This document shows positions 6,789 through 15,735 of a stretch of DNA of 22,124 bases, one piece after another. The DNA lies in the IMG/VR virus record IMGVR_UViG_2698536657_000008, positions 1 through 22,124 of that record. One strand, 5' to 3'. The stretch's first letter is position 1, and the number at the start of each line of letters is the position of its first letter. Source of the DNA: a virus (lineage: Duplodnaviria > Heunggongvirae > Uroviricota > Caudoviricetes). A program made the translations under genes and the position numbers. The notes below the pieces were generated by a model. The model was not told where the DNA came from and made no database searches. It saw only the letters and a list, made by a program, of their open reading frames with translations.

Positions 6789-8283
6789 TCTTTCACACAT
6801 AATTGCCGCAGCATTCAATGAACCGCTGCTTCTGGAGCCCGCCTATGCGCGGGTTTTCTTTTGCGCGCTGGGGCGCGAGATGGGGGCAGCAAGTCTTTCG
6901 GTACCACAACAGCAGGTACAGCTTGATGCTCCCGGAATGCTGGCTGAAACGGATGAGTTCATGGCCGGAGGTAAACGACCGGCCCGTGTTTACCGGGTGG
7001 TGAACGGTATTGCGGTACTGCCGGTGACCGGCACGCTGGTGCACCGGCTGGGTGGTATGCGGCCATTTTCCGGAATGACAGGTTATGACGGCATTGTAGC
7101 CTGTCTTCAGCAGGCAATGGCAGACACCTCTGTCCGTGGCGTACTGCTGGACATTGACAGTCCGGGCGGTCAGGCCGCCGGTGCGTTTGACTGCGCTGAC
7201 ATGATTTACCGCCTCCGCCAGCAGAAGCCTGTCTGGGCACTGTGCAATGACACGGCCTGTTCTGCGGCCATGCTGCTGGCGTCGGCCTGCTCCCGACGGC
7301 TGGTTACCCAGACATCCCGTATCGGCTCCATTGGCGTGATGATGAGCCATGTCAGCTATGCCGGTCATCTGGCGCAGGCCGGAGTGGATATCACGCTGAT
7401 TTATGCCGGGGCGCACAAGGTGGATGGCAATCAGTTTGAAGCCTTACCGGCAGAGGTGCGTCAGGACATGCAGCAGCGCATTGATGCGGCGCACCGGATG
7501 TTTGCCGAAAAAGTGGCGATGTATACCGGGCTGTCTGTGGATGCGGTCACGGGGACAGAGGCTGCCGTTTTTGAAGGTCAGTCCGGTATTGAGGCCGGGC
7601 TGGCGGATGAATTAATCAATGCGTCGGATGCCATCAGTGTGATGGCTGCGGCGCTGAACAGTAATGTCAGAGGAGGCACTATGCCGCAATTAACCGCAAC
7701 GGAAGCTGCCGCGCAGGAGAACCAGCGGGTGATGGGGATCCTGACGTGTCAGGAAGCGAAAGGACGTGAACAGCTTGCCACGATGCTGGCAGGACAACAG
7801 GGCATGAGCGTTGAACAGGCCCGGGCGATTCTGGCCGCGGCAGCACCACAGCAGCCGGTGGCATCCGCGCAGAGTGAAGCCGATCGCATTATGGCGTGTG
7901 AAGAAGCTAAAGGTCGTGAACAACTGGCGGCAACGCTGGCGGCGATGCCGGATATGACGGTGGAAAAAGCCCGCCCGATCCTGGCTGCTTCACCGCAGGC
8001 GGATGCCGGCCCCTCACTCCGTGATCAGATTATGGCTCTGGATGAGGCAAAAGGGGCTGAGGCGCAGGCTGAAAAACTGGCGGCGTTTCCCGGAATGACG
8101 GTGGAGGCTGCCCGCGACATTCTGTCCTCATCTCCGGATAAAGCAGAACCGGTTTCTGCATCCACAACCGCCATGTTTGAACGCATCATGGCGAACCATT
8201 CACCGGCAGCGGTACAGGGGGGCGTGTCACAGACCTCGGCAGACGGTGATGCGGACGTGAAAATGCTCATGGCCATGCCATGA
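6778..8283 (+). CDS. C: Prohead protease / capsid assembly protein (gpC-like, S49/ClpP-fold) with C-terminal scaffold-like extension
   Basis: Strong similarity to lambda gpC in the N-terminal ~330 aa (FNEPL.LEPAYARVFFCAL, VMNGIAVLPV.GTL, VWAL.ND..CSA). Apparent GTG start at 6778 overlapping the B 3' end; exact start uncertain. The C-terminal region is longer than lambda's because of a triplicated motif. Confidence 0.88.
   Translation: MRRNLSHIIAAAFNEPLLLEPAYARVFFCALGREMGAASLSVPQQQVQLDAPGMLAETDEFMAGGKRPARVYRVVNGIAVLPVTGTLVHRLGGMRPFSGMTGYDGIVACLQQAMADTSVRGVLLDIDSPGGQAAGAFDCADMIYRLRQQKPVWALCNDTACSAAMLLASACSRRLVTQTSRIGSIGVMMSHVSYAGHLAQAGVDITLIYAGAHKVDGNQFEALPAEVRQDMQQRIDAAHRMFAEKVAMYTGLSVDAVTGTEAAVFEGQSGIEAGLADELINASDAISVMAAALNSNVRGGTMPQLTATEAAAQENQRVMGILTCQEAKGREQLATMLAGQQGMSVEQARAILAAAAPQQPVASAQSEADRIMACEEAKGREQLAATLAAMPDMTVEKARPILAASPQADAGPSLRDQIMALDEAKGAEAQAEKLAAFPGMTVEAARDILSSSPDKAEPVSASTTAMFERIMANHSPAAVQGGVSQTSADGDADVKMLMAMP
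7498..8283 (+). CDS. Nu3: Candidate nested in-frame scaffold protein (gpNu3-like), sharing frame and stop with C
   Basis: By analogy with lambda, where Nu3 is translated from an internal in-frame start in the 3' third of C. The in-frame ATG at 7498 (MFAEKVAMYTGLSV...) lies at the position equivalent to the lambda Nu3 start as recalled. The start is not proven. Confidence 0.35.
   Translation: MFAEKVAMYTGLSVDAVTGTEAAVFEGQSGIEAGLADELINASDAISVMAAALNSNVRGGTMPQLTATEAAAQENQRVMGILTCQEAKGREQLATMLAGQQGMSVEQARAILAAAAPQQPVASAQSEADRIMACEEAKGREQLAATLAAMPDMTVEKARPILAASPQADAGPSLRDQIMALDEAKGAEAQAEKLAAFPGMTVEAARDILSSSPDKAEPVSASTTAMFERIMANHSPAAVQGGVSQTSADGDADVKMLMAMP
7726..8160 (+). repeat. Intragenic tandem triplication of a ~45-residue motif in the C/Nu3 C-terminal region
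   Basis: Motif [RQ]-[IV]-M-x3-EAKG-x-E-x-LA-x2-LA-x2-P-x-MTVE-x-AR-x-IL-x3-P occurs three times in frame, with the motif ATG at 7732, 7891 and 8032 (units of 159 and 141 nt). Lambda has a single copy as recalled. Confidence 0.6.
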
Positions 8284-8319
8284 AGTCAGTGCTGACCATC
8301 AATATGAGGTTTTTACAAT

Positions 8320-8667
8320 ATGGTAACGAAAACCATCACTGAACAACGTGCAGAAGTACGTATTTTTGCCGGTAATGATCCGGCTCATACCGCCACAGGC
8401 AGCAGCGGGATTTCTCAGGCAACACCGGCACTGACGCCCCTGATGCTGGATGAAGCCAGCGGGAAACTGGTGGTCTGGGACGGACAGAAAGCCGGTAGTG
8501 CGGTTGGCATACTGGTACTGCCGCTTGAAGGCACAGAGACGGTGCTGACGTATTACAAGTCGGGGACCTTTGCGACGGAGGCAATCCGCTGGCCTGAAAG
8601 TGTGGATGAACACAAAAAGGCCAACGCCTTTGCAGGAAGTGCCCTGAGTCACGCGGCGCTGCCGTAA
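8320..8667 (+). CDS. D: Head decoration protein (gpD-like)
   Basis: 115 aa. Similarity to lambda gpD (DPAHTAT, TPLMLD, GILV...YKSGTF, FAG.A.S). Confidence 0.9.
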   Translation: MVTKTITEQRAEVRIFAGNDPAHTATGSSGISQATPALTPLMLDEASGKLVVWDGQKAGSAVGILVLPLEGTETVLTYYKSGTFATEAIRWPESVDEHKKANAFAGSALSHAALP

Positions 8668-8675
8668 CACGTTAT

Positions 8676-8695
8676 CAGGCCACCACGGTGGCCTG
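8676..8695 (+). other. GC-rich hairpin in the D-E intergenic region
   Basis: CAGGCCAC (8676-8683) pairs with GTGGCCTG (8688-8695) around a 4-nt loop. No clean downstream T-tract, so more likely an mRNA structure than a terminator. Confidence 0.3.
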
Positions 8696-8724
8696 ACTGA
8701 TTTCTGAATGAAAGGAACTGATTT

Positions 8725-9753
8725 ATGGGATTGTTTACGACCCGCCAGTTACTCGGTTATACCGAACAAAAAGTGAAATTTCGTGCGCTGTTTCTGGAGC
8801 TGTTTTTCCGCCGTACGGTGAACTTCCACACCGAAGAGGTGATGCTGGACAAAATTACCGGAAAAACGCCGGTGGCAGCCTATGTTTCTCCGGTCGTTGA
8901 AGGAAAAGTACTGCGTCATCGTGGTGGTGAAACCCGCGTGTTGCGTCCGGGCTACGTCAAGCCGAAACACGAATTTAATTACCAGCAGGCGGTGGAGCGC
9001 CTTCCCGGTGAAGATCCGGCTCAACTGAACGACCCGACCTACCGTCGTCTGCGTATCATCACCGATAACCTCAAACAGGAAGAGCATGCCATTGTTCAGG
9101 TGGAAGAAATGCAGGCGGTGAATGCCGTGCTGTATGGCAAATACACCATGGAAGGAGACCAGTTCGAGAAAATTGAGGTCGATTTTGGCAGATCGACGAA
9201 GAATAACATCATACAGGGTAGCGGTAAGGAGTGGTCAAAACAGGACCGTGACACGTTCGACCCGACATATGATATCGACCTTTTCTGTGATCAGGCCAGC
9301 GGTCTTGTGAATATTGCCATTATGGACGGTACCGTCTGGCGTCTGCTGAATGGCTTTAAGCTGTTCCGCGAAAAACTGGATACCCGTCGCGGCTCAAATT
9401 CACAACTCGAAACGGCAGTGAAAGATCTGGGCGCAGTGGTGTCCTTCAAGGGGTATTACGGCGATCTGGCCATTGTGGTGGCGAAAACGTCTTATGTGGC
9501 AGAGGACGGTACCGAAAAACGTTATCTGCCGGAGGGCACGCTGGTCCTGGGGAATACGGCTGCAGATGGGCTCCGTTGTTACGGTGCCATTCAGGATGCG
9601 CAGGCGTTGTCCGAAGGTGTGGTGGCTTCTTCCCGTTACCCGAAACACTGGCAGACCGTGGGCGATCCGGCCCGTGAATTCACCATGACGCAGTCCGCAC
9701 CGCTGATGGTGCTGCCGGATCCGGATGAGTTTGTGGTGGTGCAGGTGAAATAA
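8725..9753 (+). CDS. E: Major capsid protein (gpE-like, HK97 fold)
   Basis: 342 aa. Strong similarity to lambda gpE (PGYVKPKHE, VEEMQAV.AVL.GKYTM, LDTRRGSNS.LETAVKDLG, TGDPAREFTM.QSAPLM). Confidence 0.95.
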   Translation: MGLFTTRQLLGYTEQKVKFRALFLELFFRRTVNFHTEEVMLDKITGKTPVAAYVSPVVEGKVLRHRGGETRVLRPGYVKPKHEFNYQQAVERLPGEDPAQLNDPTYRRLRIITDNLKQEEHAIVQVEEMQAVNAVLYGKYTMEGDQFEKIEVDFGRSTKNNIIQGSGKEWSKQDRDTFDPTYDIDLFCDQASGLVNIAIMDGTVWRLLNGFKLFREKLDTRRGSNSQLETAVKDLGAVVSFKGYYGDLAIVVAKTSYVAEDGTEKRYLPEGTLVLGNTAADGLRCYGAIQDAQALSEGVVASSRYPKHWQTVGDPAREFTMTQSAPLMVLPDPDEFVVVQVK

Positions 9754-9760
9754 TCCGTGA

Positions 9761-9790
9761 GCGGGGGCGAAATGCCCCCGTGTCTTTTTT
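9761..9790 (+). terminator. Rho-independent terminator-like hairpin directly after the major capsid gene
   Basis: CGGGGGC (9762-9768), loop GAAAT, GCCCCCG (9774-9780), then TGTCTTTTTT. Confidence 0.45.
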
Positions 9791-9804
9791 CACAGGAGGC
9801 TGAG

Positions 9805-10173
9805 ATGGCAACAAAAGAAGAAAATCTGAATCGTCTTCGTGAACTGGCTGGCCTGCTGGGGCGCGAGGCGGATATGTCGGGGAGTGCTGCGGATATCGCA
9901 CAGCGTGTGGCCGAGTGGGAGGAGGAGGTTTGTGCCCCGGAAAATGAAATCGCAGATGTTGATGATGCCGTTCATGAGCAGGCATACAGGAACACCGGTG
10001 AGGATGCCTTCGGTATTCTGGAACGTATCAGGCTTCTGAAGTGTTTTTACCTGTGCGGTGTTGACGATGAAACAGGGGAGCCTGTTGAGCATGTTGATGC
10101 TGGCAGGGTAATTCTGATGCCTCCCTCAGTGGCAAAAGACATGGTCAGGAGCGGAATGGCCGTTTATGCGTGA
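9805..10173 (+). CDS. FI: DNA-packaging protein (gpFI-like)
   Basis: Position between E and FII and size (~122 aa) match lambda FI. ATG at 9805 with AGGAGG 6 nt upstream. Sequence similarity to lambda FI is weak in my recollection, so the call rests mainly on synteny. Confidence 0.7.
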   Translation: MATKEENLNRLRELAGLLGREADMSGSAADIAQRVAEWEEEVCAPENEIADVDDAVHEQAYRNTGEDAFGILERIRLLKCFYLCGVDDETGEPVEHVDAGRVILMPPSVAKDMVRSGMAVYA

Positions 10174-10519
10174 TTTTCAGAATGCCTTCGATGCTGCCCT
10201 TGCCGGGGTGGACAGCACGATTGTTGAAGTGATGGGCATCAGGGCGCAGTTCATCTCCGGTGCGCAGCGTGGCGGCGAAGTTCAGGGGGTTTTTGACGAT
10301 CCGGAGTCGCTGGGTTTTGCCGGTGGCGGGGTCCGTATTGAAGGAAGCAGCCCGTCATTATTTGTACGGACAGATACGGTGCGTGCTGTACGGCGTGGTG
10401 ACACTCTGACCATTAACGGCGAGATGTTCTGGGTGGATCGTGTTTCTCCGGATGACGGGGGCAGCTGTTATCTCTGGCTCAACCGGGGGCAGCCACCCGC
10501 AGTTAACCGGCGACGATAA
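10166..10519 (+). CDS. FII: Head-tail connector protein (gpFII-like)
   Basis: 117 aa. Strong similarity to lambda gpFII (GVFDDPE, GVR.EGSSPSLFVRTD.VR.LRRGDTLTI, FWVDRVSPDDGGSC.LWL.RG.PPAVNRRR). Confidence 0.92.
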   Translation: MRDFQNAFDAALAGVDSTIVEVMGIRAQFISGAQRGGEVQGVFDDPESLGFAGGGVRIEGSSPSLFVRTDTVRAVRRGDTLTINGEMFWVDRVSPDDGGSCYLWLNRGQPPAVNRRR

Positions 10520-10533
10520 AGACAGGTGAAATT

Positions 10534-11112
10534 ATGGCGATAAAAGGGCTTGATCAGGCAATTGACAATCTGAGCCGGGTCCGTAAAAACGCCATTCCTG
10601 GTGCTTCAGCAATGGCCATTAACCGCGTGGCCACAACGGCAATAAATCAGTCGGCATCACAGGTTGCCCGTGAAACCAGGGTGCGCCGGAAACTGGTAAA
10701 GGAAAGGGCCAGGCTTAAAAGGGCCACGGTCAAAAATCCGCAGGCCAGAATCAGGGTTAACCGGGGGGATTTGCCCGTAATCAGGCTGGGTAATGCGCGG
10801 GTTGTCCTGTCCCGACGCAGGCGTCGTAAAAAGGGGCAGCGTTCATCCCTGAAAGGTGGCGGCAGCGTGCTTGTGGTGGGTAACCGTCGTATTCCCGGCG
10901 CGTTTATTCAGCAATTAAAAAATGGCCGGTGGCATGTCATGCAGCGTGTGGCCGGGAAAAACCGTTACCCCATTGATGTGGTGAAAATCCCGATGGCGGT
11001 GCCACTGACCACGGCGTTTAAAAAGAATATTGAACGGATAAGGCGTGAACGTCTGCCGGAAGAACTGGCATACGCGCTGAAACAACAACTCAGAATTGCG
11101 ATAAAACGATGA
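10534..11112 (+). CDS. Z: Tail completion protein (gpZ-like)
   Basis: 192 aa. Near-identical to lambda gpZ across most of its length as recalled. Confidence 0.95.
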   Translation: MAIKGLDQAIDNLSRVRKNAIPGASAMAINRVATTAINQSASQVARETRVRRKLVKERARLKRATVKNPQARIRVNRGDLPVIRLGNARVVLSRRRRRKKGQRSSLKGGGSVLVVGNRRIPGAFIQQLKNGRWHVMQRVAGKNRYPIDVVKIPMAVPLTTAFKKNIERIRRERLPEELAYALKQQLRIAIKR

Positions 11113-11504
11113 AACATACTGATATCCGTGCGGCAGTGCTGGATGCACTGGAGCAGCATAAACACGGGGCGACGCTGTTTGATGGTCGCCCCGTTGTTTT
11201 TGAGGAAGAGGATTTTCCTGCGATCGCGGTTTATCTGACGGATGCAGAGTATACCGGTGAAGAGCTGGATGCAGATACCTGGCGGGCCACACTGCATATT
11301 GAGGTGTTTTTACCGGCACAGGTACCGGATTCAGAACTTGATCAGTGGATGGAAAGCCGGATTTATCCGGCGATGACAGCGATCCCTGCACTGGCAGGCC
11401 TGATTACCACGATGGTTACGCAGGGCTATGAGTATCGTCGTGATGACGATATGGCGTTATGGAGCTCGGCAGATCTGACTTATTCCATTACCTACGAAAT
11501 GTGA
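11109..11504 (+). CDS. U: Tail terminator protein (gpU-like)
   Basis: 131 aa. Strong similarity to lambda gpU ([38 protein letters not shown]). ATGA overlap with Z. Confidence 0.95.
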   Translation: MKHTDIRAAVLDALEQHKHGATLFDGRPVVFEEEDFPAIAVYLTDAEYTGEELDADTWRATLHIEVFLPAQVPDSELDQWMESRIYPAMTAIPALAGLITTMVTQGYEYRRDDDMALWSSADLTYSITYEM

Positions 11505-11511
11505 GGACGAT

Positions 11512-12261
11512 ATGGCAACACCAAATCCCCTGGCGCCGGTAAAAGGTTCCGGCACCACGCTCTGGGTTTACACCGGTAAGGGCGATGCTTATGCAAATCC
11601 GCTGTCCGATGACGAGTGGACGCGCCTGGCAAAAATAAAGGATCTGACGCCGGGCGAGATGACGGCGGAATCCTACGACGATAACTATCTGGATGATGAG
11701 GATGCGGACTGGGTATCCACCGGGCAGGGCCAGAAATCTGCCGGTGACACCAGTTTTACGCTGGCCTGGAAGCCCGGCGAGAAAGGGCAGCGTGATTTGA
11801 TTGCCTGGTTTGACAGCAGTGAGACCCGGGCTTACAAAATCCGCTTCCCGAACGGCACGGTGGATGTGTTCCGTGGCTGGGTGAGTGCCATTGGTAAAGC
11901 CGTGACGGCTAAAGAGGTGATCACCCGCACCGTGAAAATCACCAACATCGGTCGTCCGTCGCTGGCGGAAGATCGGGGTGAAATCACGCCGGTCACCGGT
12001 ATTACCGTGACACCCCAGACGGGGAATGTGGCAAAAGGTCAGAGCACCACCCTGACCGTGGCCGTTCAGCCGGAAGGGGCGACGGATAAAACGTTCCGCG
12101 CCACGTCGGCGAATCAGAATTTCGCCACCATTACCGTGAAAGGGAACACGATCACCGTGAAAGGTGTTGCGGCAGGTAAAGCGCAGATCCCTGTTGTCAC
12201 CGGTAACGGTGAGTTTGCGGCGGTGGCGGAAATTACCGTCACGGATGGCGCTGCGGGCTGA
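11512..12261 (+). CDS. V: Major tail tube protein (gpV-like) with C-terminal Ig-like domain
   Basis: 249 aa. Strong similarity to lambda gpV ([57 protein letters not shown]). Confidence 0.95.
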   Translation: MATPNPLAPVKGSGTTLWVYTGKGDAYANPLSDDEWTRLAKIKDLTPGEMTAESYDDNYLDDEDADWVSTGQGQKSAGDTSFTLAWKPGEKGQRDLIAWFDSSETRAYKIRFPNGTVDVFRGWVSAIGKAVTAKEVITRTVKITNIGRPSLAEDRGEITPVTGITVTPQTGNVAKGQSTTLTVAVQPEGATDKTFRATSANQNFATITVKGNTITVKGVAAGKAQIPVVTGNGEFAAVAEITVTDGAAG

Positions 12262-12276
12262 GGGAGGAGATAAAGT

Positions 12277-12699
12277 ATGTTCCTGAAAACAGAACAATTT
12301 GAATATAACGGTGTGTCCGTCACGCTTTCCGAACTGTCTGCGCTGCAGTGCTTTGATTATATGAGGTTTGTTTCAGACGCAGGACAACAGGAGACAACGG
12401 AGCATGATGCCGTGCGTATTAACCAGCGCTATCTGGATACGGCGTCCCTGCTTGTGGCGATGTCGCTCTGGCACACGCATCCTCTCAAAGGCACACTGGT
12501 CTCTCCGGAGACAGAGATGCAGCAGATCCGCCGTGAAGTGATGCTGGGATGGCCTGCTGATGCACTGAATCAGGCAACGAACCGGGTGCTTTCGCTTTCA
12601 GGTATGCTGGATAACCGGAGTGATGCAGATCCTGAACAAACCGGGAAAGCAGGCACAACTGAGTCGGTAACATCAAAAAAGCGTTCGAAGGCGAGCTGA
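12277..12699 (+). CDS. G: Tail assembly chaperone (gpG-like)
   Basis: 140 aa. Similarity to lambda gpG (MFLKTE.FE.NGV.VTLSELSALQ, LVAMSLWH.HP). GGAGGAG Shine-Dalgarno before the ATG. Confidence 0.9.
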   Translation: MFLKTEQFEYNGVSVTLSELSALQCFDYMRFVSDAGQQETTEHDAVRINQRYLDTASLLVAMSLWHTHPLKGTLVSPETEMQQIRREVMLGWPADALNQATNRVLSLSGMLDNRSDADPEQTGKAGTTESVTSKKRSKAS

Positions 12700-13139
12700 A
12701 TTTTGTCCTGAAACTGGCGCGCGAGATGGGGAGGCCTGACTGGCGCGCCATGCTTGCCGGGATGACATCCACGGAATATGCCGACTGGCGACGTTTTTAC
12801 TGCGCGCATTATTTTCAGGACACACAACTGGATGCACATTTTTCCGGGCTGATGTACGCCGTACTCAGCCTGTTTTTTTGCGATCCGGAGATGCATCCGG
12901 CGGATTTCAGTCTGCTTGTACCGAAGACAGAGGAAGAACTGACGGCAATGCCGGACGAAAATGATGTACTGATACAGAAGGCGGAGGGCCTTGCCGGTGG
13001 TGTCCGGTTCGGTGGGGGCGAAGGGCGCGATATTTTACCTTCTGCGGATGTGGAGGATGTCCCGGTGGATGATGCCGCATTAATGATGGCTTCAGCGGGG
13101 ATTTACGGAGGTGTGAGATATGTCCCGGCCAGCAGGTGA
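12277..13139 (+). CDS. T: Tail assembly chaperone G-T fusion produced by -1 frameshift (T portion 12680-13139)
   Basis: The downstream -1 frame ORF (track 12726-13139) is similar to lambda gpT (EYADW.RFY..HYF.D..LD.HFSGL.Y.VLSLFF.DP.MHP.DFSLL, GLAGGVRFG) and has no independent start before the slip site. Translated by hand through the shift: ...SKK|KAFEGELNFVLKLAREMGRPDW... Confidence 0.75.
12675..12681 (+). other. Programmed -1 ribosomal frameshift slippery heptamer A AAA AAG (G to G-T)
   Basis: In the G reading frame the heptamer reads A|AAA|AAG. The T-frame is closed by a TGA at 12660-12662 and G stops at 12697-12699, so the shift must occur in 12663-12696, where this is the only canonical X XXY YYZ site. 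Confidence 0.7.
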
Positions 13140-15735
13140 TCTGGTTATTGATTTGAGTCTGGATGCGGCCCGGTTCGATGAACAGATGGCCCGGGTCAGG
13201 CGTCATTTTTCCGGGATGGAGGCGGATGCAAGAAAAACCGCCGCTGCTGTTGAACAGAGCCTGGGCCGTCAGGCCCGGGCTGCACAAAAAGCCGGAATAT
13301 CCCTCGGGCAGTATAAGGCGGCCATGCGCACACTGCCCGCACAGTTCACGGATATAGTCACTCAGCTTGCCGGTGGTCAGAATCCCTTCCTTATCATGCT
13401 TCAGCAGGGTGGGCAGATCAGCGACTCCTTCGGCGGGCCGCTCAGCCTGCTTACCCTGCTGAAGGAGGAACTTCTCGGGATCAGGGATGCCACTGACTCA
13501 GCAGAGGATTCGCTGTCAGATACGGCAAATGCACTGGCTGAAAATGCCCGGAATGCCGGTGAACTGGGGCGATTTATGTCGGTGGCCCGTCTGGCGGCAG
13601 GCGGCGGGGTTGCCGCACTGGCCGCGCTTGCTGCTGCCGCCTGGCAGGCAGAGCAGGCTGATCGGGCCTTATTGCGTTCACTGACCCTGACCGGCGGGGC
13701 TGCGGCCACCACAACGGCAGAATTGTGGAAAATGGCCGGGGTGATCAGCGATGAAGCCGGTGGTGGCGTCAGACAGGCGGCAGAAAATCTGGCCCGTCTG
13801 GCAGAAAGCGGAAAATATACCGCCGGGCAGCTCCGGATCATGGGGGAAACCTCGCAGCGGTGGCTGCAGACGGTGGGGGACGATGCCGGGAAGGTGGAAA
13901 AAGCCTTTGAAGGGATTGCAGCAGATCCGGTGAAGGCGCTGGCCTCCCTGAATCAGCAGTATAACTTCCTGAGCGTCTCCCAGTTGCGCCATATTGATGA
14001 GCTTGAGCGCACGAAAGGTAAACAGGCTGCGGTGACGGAGGCGATGTCCCTGTTTGCGGATGTCATGAATGCGCGTCTGGAGCAACTCGATAAAGCGGCC
14101 ACGCCGGTGGAAAAAATCTGGGACGATGTTAAAACCTGGACCGCTGACGCATGGGCATGGATAGGTGATCACACGCTGGGGGCACTCAGTCTGATCACTG
14201 ACGTGGTGGCCGGAACCGTTGAGCAGGTGAAGCTGCTGCTTGTGCAGGGGGATCTGGCGCTGGCTGAATTTATTCAGTCAGCCTGGGAAACGACAAAAGA
14301 TGTCCCCGGCGTCAGTGCGCTGTTTGGCGAGCTGGCAGAAGAGAACCGGGAATTTATTGAGAAAACAAAACGCGATGAGCTGGCGCTGAGAAAATCCATT
14401 GCGGAACGGGATGCGCGTATACGCCAGGGGGAAATGGGGTATATCAGGCGTTCGCGTGCAACAGGCGTCAGCAAGGGACCGGGGCAGCAGGAAGCCGTCA
14501 GCCGTCTGGCTGAAGAGCTGAAAGGTAAAAATCGCACATCCCGGCAAACGCGCTCTGCCGGGGAGAGGGAGGAAGAGCAGGCAAGGGAAGCGCTGCTTGT
14601 CCTTGAAGCTGAACTCCGGATGCTGGAAAAACACAGCGGTGCGAATGAGAAAATCAGCCAGCAGCGCCGGGCGCTGTGGAAGGCGGAAAGCCAGTATGCG
14701 GTCCTGAAGGAGGCGGCCACAAAACGGCAGTTATCCGGGCAGGAAAAATCCCTGCTGGCCCATGAGAAAGAGACGCTGGAGTACAGACGCCAGCTGGCTG
14801 AGCTGGGCGACAAGGTTGAATACCAGAAACGGCTCAATGAGCTGGCACAGCAGGCGGCGCGTTTTGAACAGCAGCAGAGCGCGAAGCAGGCAGCCATCAG
14901 CGCAAAAGCCCGCGGTCTCACTGACCGTCAGGCGCAGCGGGAGTCTGAAGAGCAGCGTCTTCGTGACGTGTACGGCGATAATCCGCAGGCGCTGGCACAG
15001 GTCACCGGGGCACTGAAACAGACATGGGCGGATGAAGACATGCTGCGCGGTGACTGGCTGGCCGGGCTGAAGTCGGGCTGGGGCGAGTGGTCTGAGAGAG
15101 CGACGGACAGTTTTTCGCAGGTGAAAAGTGCGGCCACGCAGACCTTTGATGGTATTGCACAGAATATGGCGGCGATGCTGACCGGTGCAGAGGCAGACTG
15201 GCGGGGATTCACCCGTTCCGTGCTGTCCATGATGACAGAAATTCTGCTGAAGCAGGCCATGGTGGGGATTGTCGGGCGTATCGGCGGTGCCATTGGCGGT
15301 GCCTTCGCCGGGGGCGGGGCGCATGTCTCCACGGGAACGGCCATCAGCAGTGCGGCGGCGAACTTCAACTTTGCGACCGGCGGATTTACGGGCACGGGTG
15401 GCAAATACGAACCTGCGGGGATTGTTCACCGCGGTGAGTTTGTCTTCACGAAGGAGGCGACCAGCCGTATTGGCGTCGGTAACCTGTACCGCCTGATGCG
15501 GGGGTATGCGGAAGGCGGTTATGTGGGAGGTGAAGGAAGTCCGGCGCAGATGCGTCGCGCTGAGGGTATCCGGTTTGAGCAGAACAACAACGTGGTGATT
15601 CAGAATGACGGTACCGGCGGTCAGCCAGGGCCGCAGTTGCTGAAAGCGGTGTATGACATGGCCCGTAAGGGGGCGCGGGATGAGATTCAGGCGCAGATGC
15701 GTGACGGTGGCGTATTTTCCGGAGGCGGGCGATGA
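13120..15735 (+). CDS. H: Tail tape measure protein (gpH-like)
   Basis: 871 aa. N-terminus (GDLV.DLSLDAARFDEQMARVRRHFSG) and C-terminal ~400 aa are highly similar to lambda gpH (e.g. HSGANEKISQQRR.LWKAESQ, TGGFTGTGGKYEPAGIVHRGEFVFTKEATSRIGVGNLYRLMRGY). The central segment diverges. Confidence 0.95.
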   Translation: MSRPAGDLVIDLSLDAARFDEQMARVRRHFSGMEADARKTAAAVEQSLGRQARAAQKAGISLGQYKAAMRTLPAQFTDIVTQLAGGQNPFLIMLQQGGQISDSFGGPLSLLTLLKEELLGIRDATDSAEDSLSDTANALAENARNAGELGRFMSVARLAAGGGVAALAALAAAAWQAEQADRALLRSLTLTGGAAATTTAELWKMAGVISDEAGGGVRQAAENLARLAESGKYTAGQLRIMGETSQRWLQTVGDDAGKVEKAFEGIAADPVKALASLNQQYNFLSVSQLRHIDELERTKGKQAAVTEAMSLFADVMNARLEQLDKAATPVEKIWDDVKTWTADAWAWIGDHTLGALSLITDVVAGTVEQVKLLLVQGDLALAEFIQSAWETTKDVPGVSALFGELAEENREFIEKTKRDELALRKSIAERDARIRQGEMGYIRRSRATGVSKGPGQQEAVSRLAEELKGKNRTSRQTRSAGEREEEQAREALLVLEAELRMLEKHSGANEKISQQRRALWKAESQYAVLKEAATKRQLSGQEKSLLAHEKETLEYRRQLAELGDKVEYQKRLNELAQQAARFEQQQSAKQAAISAKARGLTDRQAQRESEEQRLRDVYGDNPQALAQVTGALKQTWADEDMLRGDWLAGLKSGWGEWSERATDSFSQVKSAATQTFDGIAQNMAAMLTGAEADWRGFTRSVLSMMTEILLKQAMVGIVGRIGGAIGGAFAGGGAHVSTGTAISSAAANFNFATGGFTGTGGKYEPAGIVHRGEFVFTKEATSRIGVGNLYRLMRGYAEGGYVGGEGSPAQMRRAEGIRFEQNNNVVIQNDGTGGQPGPQLLKAVYDMARKGARDEIQAQMRDGGVFSGGGR

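Noticed and set aside
12643-12649. GGGAAAG heptamer as the G-T frameshift site
   Set aside because: In the G frame it reads GGG|AAA|G, which is the wrong phase for an X XXY YYZ slip, and the T-frame has a TGA at 12660-12662 immediately downstream. The productive site is A AAA AAG at 12675-12681.
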